NCBI GenBank assembly: GCA_041686025.1
Contig: JAWLEP010000010.1
Coordinates: forward strand, 1 to 41,295
Length of the DNA stretch: 41,295 bases
Direction: 5' to 3'
DNA from: Candidatus Fermentibacteraceae bacterium
GTDB lineage: Bacteria > Fermentibacterota > Fermentibacteria > Fermentibacterales > JCC-6
The stretch's first letter is position 1; the number at the start of each line of letters is the position of its first letter. This document shows, piece after piece, positions 19,353 through 25,966 of the stretch. Below the pieces are notes generated by a model. It was not told the DNA's origin, searched no databases, and saw only the letters and a list, made by a program, of their open reading frames with translations. The translations under genes were made by a program, and so were the position numbers.

Positions 19353-20567
19353 TCAGGGAAGCTCTTCCAGGGACCCCGTCGCCAGAACCTCGGCGCCGGC
19401 GGCGCGGGTGATCTCCGGCAGCGTCAGGTCGTCCAGCGTCAGCGAATCGCAGTTGAACATAACAGAGGGCAGAAAGAAGGGTCCAGCCTCGCCGGCGTTC
19501 ACCAGGCGACGGATGGCGGAGACCGCGTCGGCCCCCGAGAGCAGCCCGGCAACCCCCACCATGGGGCCGAAGAAACCGTTGGCAGCGGCGGCCACCCGGT
19601 AGCCCGACCCGGCCAGCAGCCGCCTCAGATAGGGGGCGGCCAGAGCGCCGGTTACCACGATGCCGCTGCCGCTGGGCGAGAGCGGCTGCGCCGCCAGGGA
19701 CGCCAGCATTCCGATGCCGTTCTCCCGCAGGTGGCAGCCTTCGTAGAAATCGGGGTCCGGCACCTCCACCCCCGCCATCAGCAACAGCTCGTCCGCCGGC
19801 CAGACCCATCTCCCCAGCCCGGCGTCAATGGCCCTCCGGCCCGCCTCCAGACATGTCTCCACCAGCTCCGCGGCCTCCTTCGCCGTGGGCCTTCGCAGCC
19901 GGGGAAGGCCGCACCTGTGATCGGTGAGGCCCACCGGCACCACTCCCAGCTCGGAGACCAGACGGTCCTCGCGCAGCTTTGACAAAGTGCGCTGCAGCGG
20001 CCTCCCGTCGTTGAGGCCCGGAACCACCACCACCTGCCCCCTCACCTCGATGCCCCCCTCCCGCAGCCTCTCCAGGCCGGGGACCACGGGGGCCGGAGCA
20101 TTCCTGCCCAGCATCCGTCCGCGGAGGACGGGGTCGGTGGTGTGCACGGATACGTAGACGGGGCTGAGCCCCCTGTCCAGGGCCAGCTCCACCTGGCCAT
20201 CGTCCAGGGTTACGTAGGTGCCGTGCAGAAAGGAGTGCCTCATGTCGTCGTCGCGGACCCGAAGGCCGGGCCTGACCCCCGGGGGATTCTGGTCCACGAA
20301 GCAGAACACGCACCTGTTGCGGCAGCGTCGGGGACCCTCCCCCTCCACGTGCAGGCCCCAGCCGGTGTCGGTGGGGTTGCGGCGGAGGACGGCGTACCTT
20401 CTTGCCCCGCCCCTGACGTACTCGGCCCTGCACAGCAGGGACCCGCCGGAGGCCAGGTCCAGCATGTCCGTTACGGGGTTTCCGTCGAGGCTTGCCAGCC
20501 GGTCACCGGCACGGATCCCGGCCCGGGAAGCGGCTCCGGCGGGTTCCACGGCCGTGACCGTGAGCAA
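19353..20567 (-). CDS. PDZ plus radical-SAM-like Fe-S protein (DUF512 family)
   Basis: PDZ-like 'AVEPAGAASRAGIRAGDRL'; CRNRCVFCFVDQNPPG..DDD.R.SFLHG.YVTL; VVPVGLT; ADE; LRENGIGM; NGFFG...VAGLL. Confidence 0.88.
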   Translation of the reverse strand: MLTVTAVEPAGAASRAGIRAGDRLASLDGNPVTDMLDLASGGSLLCRAEYVRGGARRYAVLRRNPTDTGWGLHVEGEGPRRCRNRCVFCFVDQNPPGVRPGLRVRDDDMRHSFLHGTYVTLDDGQVELALDRGLSPVYVSVHTTDPVLRGRMLGRNAPAPVVPGLERLREGGIEVRGQVVVVPGLNDGRPLQRTLSKLREDRLVSELGVVPVGLTDHRCGLPRLRRPTAKEAAELVETCLEAGRRAIDAGLGRWVWPADELLLMAGVEVPDPDFYEGCHLRENGIGMLASLAAQPLSPSGSGIVVTGALAAPYLRRLLAGSGYRVAAAANGFFGPMVGVAGLLSGADAVSAIRRLVNAGEAGPFFLPSVMFNCDSLTLDDLTLPEITRAAGAEVLATGSLEELP

Positions 20568-20579
20568 CTGCGGCTTTCT

Positions 20580-22409
20580 CTACTCCAGGGTGTCCTGCAT
20601 GCGGGCCAGCACGGGGTCTATGTTGCGGGCGGCCTCCAGCTCCTGCTCGGCCTGGTGCTTGCGGCCGGTCACGGTGTACACCTTGGCCAGCTGTATGTGG
20701 AAGCCCACCATTGCGCCGTGGTCGTCCGAAGCCAGGGTTATGCCCTTGCGGAACTGCTCCTCCGCCTCGTCGTAGCGGTCCATCCGGAAGTAGCACCGGC
20801 CCAGCATCTCCCTGGCCTTCAGCCGGTGCTCGGGGCTGTCCAGCACCTTCTCCAGCTCGCTCACCGCCTCCCGCAGCAGTCCCATCTCGTGGTAGGCGAT
20901 GCCCAGGTCGTAGTGGGTGTTGTAGTCGTCCTGGGAGACGTGCTGGTCAATGCCGTCCTGGAACTCCCGGATCAGGTCGGCCAGGGCCTTGGCGCTGCCG
21001 GAGTCGAACATGTTGTCTATGTCGGCCAGTATGGTGGCTATGTCGGCGTAGTTCTCGGCGTCGGCCAGCCCCGGCCTGATGCCGTCGAACAGCTGCCGGG
21101 CCATCTCGAAGTCCGGCTTGGCGTCCAGGGAGGCCTCGAGAGCGGCCAGTGCCTCGTGCGGGCTGTCGTTGAGCAGGTAGGCCACGGCAAGCCTGTACAG
21201 GGCCCTGGCCTGGCCCTCCTGTCCCAGCGACTTGCGGATCCTGGCCAGCTCCCTGGCCGCCGCCAGGGATTCGGGGCAGATGTCCAGAACGCCCTCCAGC
21301 AGCTCGAAGACCATCCTCTCCCGGCCGGAGGAGCGGTATATGGTGGCCGCTTTCAGGTAGGCCTCGACGGAGCCGTAAAAATCGCCCACATCCAGCAGGA
21401 GGTTCCCCAGCTCCACGAAGCCCAGGGGGTCCTCGGGACTGGAGATCAGCCTCTTCTTCATGTCCGAGATCTGCTTGGAGAGCGCCTCCCGAACCTGCTT
21501 CTTGGAGACCAGGCCCATGTCCACGAGGACGTCTCCCAGGCGGGCGTCGTTCTGTCCGGTCTTCTGTACCTCCAGCGCCTTGAGGACATCGGAGGCGTTG
21601 AGAAGGCCGTCGGTGACCAGATACTCTCCTATCCTCTTCCTGCGCCTTACGCTGGACTCTTGCCTTCCCTCGGGGATCAGGACCTCTCCCTCCAGGTCCT
21701 CCTCGTCCAGGTCCTGCATGTACTCCCGGGGGTTGTCGCTGCCGGCCTCCTGCTCCGCGGTCTCGGGAACGGGCTCGGCCTCCTCGACGGTCTCGCCGGC
21801 TTCTTCCGGCTCCGGCTCCGGCTCGGGGGCTCCGGACTCCGCGCGAAGCCTCTCCAGCATCTTCACCATCTTCGGATGCTGTCTGAGGTTCTTCTCCGCA
21901 GCCTTCATCACGCACTGATCCAGGGCTATCTCGTCTTTGCACAGGTAGGCCAGCTTGGCCAGCTTGATGACCCACTTGTCCTCTTCGGGGTCGATCCTCA
22001 TGAGCATCTGAAGGGCCTCGAGCACCCGGGGGTCGGTCTTCTCGGGGCCGCTCTTGAGGAACTTCATCAGGGAGTGCTTCGCCTGCTCGGGCTTGCCCTG
22101 CTCGTCGTAGCACCTGGCCATTGCCAGATGGGCGTCGGAGTAGTCCGCATCTATCCGAAGCGCCTTCCGACTCACCGACAGCGCGACGGTGTGCAGGCCG
22201 TCCTTGAGGTAGAGCTCGGCGGCCTCCACGAACTGCCTGAGGGCCTCCTCCTGCCTGTCCATCTTCAGGAGGACGTCGCCGGTGCTGTTGTGTATGGAAG
22301 CCTCCTCGGGGTCTTCCTTCAGCAGCAGCTTGAAGGCTCTCAGGGCGCCGTCCAGCTTGCCCTTCTGGAGCATCTCATGGGCCTTTTTCTTCAGAGAGAC
22401 GTCGGCCAT
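20580..22409 (-). CDS. TPR-repeat protein with an internal MshEN (c-di-GMP-binding) motif pair
   Basis: N- and C-terminal TPRs (THYDLGIAYHEMGL); acidic linker; tandem RIGEYLVTDGLL...ALEVQ and RLGDVLVDMGLV...ALSKQ. Confidence 0.85.
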   Translation of the reverse strand: MADVSLKKKAHEMLQKGKLDGALRAFKLLLKEDPEEASIHNSTGDVLLKMDRQEEALRQFVEAAELYLKDGLHTVALSVSRKALRIDADYSDAHLAMARCYDEQGKPEQAKHSLMKFLKSGPEKTDPRVLEALQMLMRIDPEEDKWVIKLAKLAYLCKDEIALDQCVMKAAEKNLRQHPKMVKMLERLRAESGAPEPEPEPEEAGETVEEAEPVPETAEQEAGSDNPREYMQDLDEEDLEGEVLIPEGRQESSVRRRKRIGEYLVTDGLLNASDVLKALEVQKTGQNDARLGDVLVDMGLVSKKQVREALSKQISDMKKRLISSPEDPLGFVELGNLLLDVGDFYGSVEAYLKAATIYRSSGRERMVFELLEGVLDICPESLAAARELARIRKSLGQEGQARALYRLAVAYLLNDSPHEALAALEASLDAKPDFEMARQLFDGIRPGLADAENYADIATILADIDNMFDSGSAKALADLIREFQDGIDQHVSQDDYNTHYDLGIAYHEMGLLREAVSELEKVLDSPEHRLKAREMLGRCYFRMDRYDEAEEQFRKGITLASDDHGAMVGFHIQLAKVYTVTGRKHQAEQELEAARNIDPVLARMQDTLE

Positions 22410-22422
22410 CGGTTCCCTTCGC

Positions 22423-23703
22423 TCAGCTCATACCGCCGGTGCAGCCGGCGCGGGCGGCGACTCGTGCCCCGACAAAGACCGTATCTATATCGTCAACGGC
22501 CAGGTGATATGCAATACTGCGGTAGTCGTCCACGTTCCAGAGAATCATGTCCGCGTCCCTGCCGGGCTGCAGCGAGCCCTTCCTGTCGATCATGCCCACG
22601 GCGGCGGCCCCGTTGACGGTGGAGGCCACCAGGGCCTCCTCCACGGTCATGCCGCACTGGCAGACCCCGAGGTTGATCATGAAGGGCATGGACTCGCAGT
22701 AGCAGCTCCCGGGGTTGAAGTCGGTGGCCAGGGCCACCGCGGCTCCGGCGTCGATCAGCCTTCGGGCATCCGCGAACGGCTTGTTCAGAAAGAGCGCGGT
22801 ACCGGGCAGAAGCGTGGCAACCGTGTTCGAGTCCGCGAGAGCCTTTACACCGTCGTCGCTTACCGAGAGCAGGTGGTCGGCGCTTACGGCTCCCAGCTCG
22901 GCCGCCAGCTCCGCCCCGCCGGTGTCGTGGAACTCGTCGGCGTGCATCTTCAGGCCGAAGCCCATGCCGGATGCGGCCTCCAGCAGCCTCCTGCTCTGGG
23001 CGGGGGTGAAAACGCCCTTCTCGCAGAACACGTCCACGAACGCAGCCAGGCCGGCCTCGCGTACCACCGGGAGCACGTCGGAGATGATGAGGTCGATGTA
23101 CTCCATGGGGTATTCGCGGTACTCCTCCGGAACCTCGTGGGCCCCCAGAAAAGTGGGAACCACGGTCTGGGGCACCTTCCCGGAGGCGTCGCGTATCACC
23201 TCCAGCAGCCTGACCTCGGTGTTCAGGTCGAGACCATAACCGCTCTTCGCTTCGAGAGTTGTGGTCCCGTGCCGGAGCATTGACGAGAGGTGGCGGAGCA
23301 TCATCGACTGCATGGTCTCCGAGGAGGTCTCCCGGGTCCGCCGGACGCTGTTCAGTATGCCGCCGCCTCTGCGGGCGATCTCCTCGTAGTCCGCCCCCGC
23401 CGCCCGCATTGCGAACTCCTCCTGTCGGGTTGCCCCGAAGACGGGATGGGTGTGCGAGTCCACCAGGCCGGGAGTGACCACCCGGCCTGCGGCGTCGTGG
23501 ATCTCCATTCCGGCTGCGGGCTCGACCTGCGACTCCGCATCCTCTGCGGGGCCGGTCCAGACCACCTTCCCGTCGAGGGCGGCAACTGCCGCGTCCTCGA
23601 TCAGGGAGATCCTCGAGGCGTCGTGTCCGCGGCGGGGATGCTGCGGCCCCGCCAGGGTCAGGAGCTGGCCTATGTCGCGAAGCAGGAAGTCGGCTCTCTC
23701 CAT
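22423..23703 (-). CDS. hutI: Imidazolonepropionase
   Basis: PGLVDSHTHPVF, GGGILNSVRRTR, EAKSGYGL, TFLGAH, DVFCE, HADE, SADHL, ATDFNPGS. Confidence 0.95.
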   Translation of the reverse strand: MERADFLLRDIGQLLTLAGPQHPRRGHDASRISLIEDAAVAALDGKVVWTGPAEDAESQVEPAAGMEIHDAAGRVVTPGLVDSHTHPVFGATRQEEFAMRAAGADYEEIARRGGGILNSVRRTRETSSETMQSMMLRHLSSMLRHGTTTLEAKSGYGLDLNTEVRLLEVIRDASGKVPQTVVPTFLGAHEVPEEYREYPMEYIDLIISDVLPVVREAGLAAFVDVFCEKGVFTPAQSRRLLEAASGMGFGLKMHADEFHDTGGAELAAELGAVSADHLLSVSDDGVKALADSNTVATLLPGTALFLNKPFADARRLIDAGAAVALATDFNPGSCYCESMPFMINLGVCQCGMTVEEALVASTVNGAAAVGMIDRKGSLQPGRDADMILWNVDDYRSIAYHLAVDDIDTVFVGARVAARAGCTGGMS

Positions 23704-23713
23704 GCGTCCGGGA

Positions 23714-23971
23714 CTACTCTTCCCCTGCTACAACGGAGGCCACCTTGCGGCCGCCCATGCTGTGGAACCTGACCCGCCCGTCGCACTTGGCGAAGAGGGT
23801 GTCGTCGCTGCCCCTGCCCACGTTGAGGCCCGGGTGTATCCGGGTACCGCGCTGGCGCATGATGATGCTGCCCGCGGTTACAGTGCTGCCCGCCGGGGAC
23901 TTGACGCCCAGCCGGCGTCCTTCGGAGTCCCTTCCGTTCCGGGAGCTGCTGGATGATTTCTTGTGCGCCAT
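23714..23971 (-). CDS. rpmA: 50S ribosomal protein L27
   Basis: MAHKK...[40 protein letters not shown]. Confidence 0.97.
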   Translation of the reverse strand: MAHKKSSSSSRNGRDSEGRRLGVKSPAGSTVTAGSIIMRQRGTRIHPGLNVGRGSDDTLFAKCDGRVRFHSMGGRKVASVVAGEE

Positions 23972-23991
23972 CTGACCTGTCCTTCCGAGAT

Positions 23992-24018
23992 CGGCCGGCG
24001 GCCTGCGCCGCCGGGCCG
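23992..24018 (-). other. GC-rich stem-loop between the M14 peptidase stop and the rpmA RBS
   Basis: CCGGCGGC-GCAG-GCCGCCGG on the minus strand, with no U-tract. Confidence 0.45.
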
Positions 24019-24019
24019 G

Positions 24020-25657
24020 CTAATCCGCTTTGACTATTCTGGTGGTGTATACCTTTCCGCCCGCTCGGAGGGAGGCGAGGTAGACTCCACGCGGCACTTC
24101 CCTGCCGGTGCTGGAGCGAAGATCCCAGGTCACGGCGCCCGAGCCGGCGCCCACGGGGATGGTCTCCACCCGGCGTCCGGAAATATCGTAGATTTCAAGG
24201 GAGCCTTCAACCCCTTCGCCGCTAAGGCGGAAGCTGGCTGCCGAGAACGCCGGGTTGGGGAAGGCCAGCAGCCGGCGGTTTCCTGCGATGCCGCTGGCGG
24301 CCCCTCCCACTCCGCTGGCCCCGAACACGAAGCTCACCTCGACCCGCTGCTGCGAACCCAGGTCAACGTCCTCCTCTGTCTGGGGCTCGTATCCCTCCAC
24401 CGTGGCGGTTACGTCGTAGGTGCCCGGAAGCAGCGTCTTGTGGTAGTCGCCCATGGTCACGTCGGTGCGGCAGAACCGCAGCGGCGTGGAGTCCCCGCCG
24501 TCGGGAATGGATATCTGGATGTTGGCGTCCAGGGGGTTGCCGTCGCCGTCCTCCACTGTGCCCCATATGCCGTAGGTGCTCTGGGTGAAGAAATCCAGGG
24601 TGGCCATGTAGTGAGCGCTGGCCACTCCCGGCCAGTCGGCCGCCTGCTTGTCCGCGTGCACCTCTATTGTGTGGTCGACGGTGCCGCACTCACCGTAGCT
24701 CCAGTCGTTGACGTCGCCGTGGGTCTCGTACCAGCTGGCGCCGGGGAAGGCTATCCAAAAATCGTCGCTTCCAAAATAGGAGACGATCCCCGGGCTCTGG
24801 TCGTAGGCCACGGCCTGCTCCCATATCAGGGCCGAGTCCTCGGGGAGGGGGTCTTCGGTGTAGTTCCAGACCGTGTTTATGCAGGCGGCCCCTCCGTGGA
24901 GCGAGAGTCCGGTGCTGAACGGGTTGGTGAAGCTCTCTATCTCCGGCCAGCTCTGCATGGTCAGGTCCCGCAGGGCCCGGGTCTCCGGCTCGCTGAAGGC
25001 GTAGGGCCCGCCCCCCGACCACATGTAGCTGAGGTTGCGGTTGAGGTCGACGCCGTTGGCGTTGTAGCGGCCGTTCGAGACATATCCGTCCGGGTTGACC
25101 ACGGGGATGATCCAGCTCTCGGCGCCGTCCACCACGTAGGTGCACATGGGGCTGTCGCCGTAGTTGTCGGTGAGGTCCTTGAGGTAGCTGAGGGTAACCA
25201 TGGCCGAGGTCTTCTCGTCGCCGTGGATGGCTCCGTGCATGCGCAGCTCGGGCTCCACCTCCTCGCTTTCGACGTTGTCGGACACCACCACGGCAAGCAG
25301 GTTCCTCCCCTCGACGCTCTGGCCTATTACCTCCAGCCTGCAGATGCCGGGATGGGCCGCCACCACGGAGTCGATGCTGTCGTAGATTTCCGTGAGCCCG
25401 GGATAGGGAACCCGCGGCTCGGGTGTCTCGTCCTCCACCACGGTGTAGCCCATGGAACGCAGCATGTCGGCCTGCTCGGAGGTGACGTAGAACCGGGCCC
25501 GTCCTCCGAAGATGCCCTCCAGGTCGAAGCCCCGGCGGTATAGACTCTGGGCCTCGCCGCGGGTTATCTCACCCACCCATACCGAGGAGTGCGCGCGCGA
25601 GGCGCCCGCCGTCGATGCCAGCAGAAGAAGCAGCGCAGCCGCCGTAAGGTATCTCAT
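24020..25657 (-). CDS. Secreted M14 zinc carboxypeptidase with C-terminal FlgD-Ig/T9SS-type sorting domain
   Basis: Signal peptide; HGDE, NPDG, RYNANGVDLNRN, LSLHGG and TIEV M14 motifs; carboxypeptidase regulatory-like domain; tail 'AFPNP...IYDISGRRV...WD......GVYL'. The start could be 25672 or 25675. Confidence 0.9.
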   Translation of the reverse strand: MRYLTAAALLLLLASTAGASRAHSSVWVGEITRGEAQSLYRRGFDLEGIFGGRARFYVTSEQADMLRSMGYTVVEDETPEPRVPYPGLTEIYDSIDSVVAAHPGICRLEVIGQSVEGRNLLAVVVSDNVESEEVEPELRMHGAIHGDEKTSAMVTLSYLKDLTDNYGDSPMCTYVVDGAESWIIPVVNPDGYVSNGRYNANGVDLNRNLSYMWSGGGPYAFSEPETRALRDLTMQSWPEIESFTNPFSTGLSLHGGAACINTVWNYTEDPLPEDSALIWEQAVAYDQSPGIVSYFGSDDFWIAFPGASWYETHGDVNDWSYGECGTVDHTIEVHADKQAADWPGVASAHYMATLDFFTQSTYGIWGTVEDGDGNPLDANIQISIPDGGDSTPLRFCRTDVTMGDYHKTLLPGTYDVTATVEGYEPQTEEDVDLGSQQRVEVSFVFGASGVGGAASGIAGNRRLLAFPNPAFSAASFRLSGEGVEGSLEIYDISGRRVETIPVGAGSGAVTWDLRSSTGREVPRGVYLASLRAGGKVYTTRIVKAD

Positions 25658-25783
25658 GTCTTCGGCTCCCATCACCCTTTCCAGCCCGGGAAGGGATTAT
25701 TGAATGTCATTCCGTCTGCGGGGCCGGAAGGCCGGCACGGCCCCCGGTCATCCGAATCACAGCGGCGGCAGCTTCGTGGCGGG

Positions 25784-25812
25784 AAGATGTTCCCGCGGGA
25801 AACTCCGGTCAA
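25784..25812 (-). promoter_or_regulatory. Putative sigma70 promoter of the peptidase/rpmA run
   Basis: Minus strand TTGACC-17 bp-CATCTT, back-to-back with the tRNA promoter; the spacer contains the palindrome TTCCCGCGGGAA. Confidence 0.45.
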
Positions 25813-25819
25813 CTTGCAC

Positions 25820-25848
25820 TTGCACCAACACGGTTCTTGCGGTAGGAT
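25820..25848 (+). promoter_or_regulatory. Sigma70 promoter of tRNA-Pro
   Basis: TTGCAC-17 bp-TAGGAT, 18 nt upstream of the tRNA. Confidence 0.65.
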
Positions 25849-25866
25849 TCCCGCTGCCTCAGCGGG

Positions 25867-25943
25867 CGGGGCGTGGCGCAGCTCGGTAGCGCACCTGCTT
25901 TGGGAGCAGGGGGTCGCCGGTTCAAATCCGGCCGCCCCGACCA
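25867..25943 (+). tRNA. tRNA-Pro(UGG)
   Basis: Acceptor stem CGGGGCG/CGCCCCG, D-arm GCGC..GCGC, anticodon arm CCTGC-TTTGGGA-GCAGG, T-loop GGTTCAAATCC, encoded ACCA end. Confidence 0.97.
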
Positions 25944-25966
25944 CCCGCACCCGACCCGTGGGCGCC

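Noticed and set aside
20142..22616. 824-aa plus-strand ORF
   Set aside because: Antisense to the TPR and DUF512 genes; long shadow ORFs are expected at high GC.
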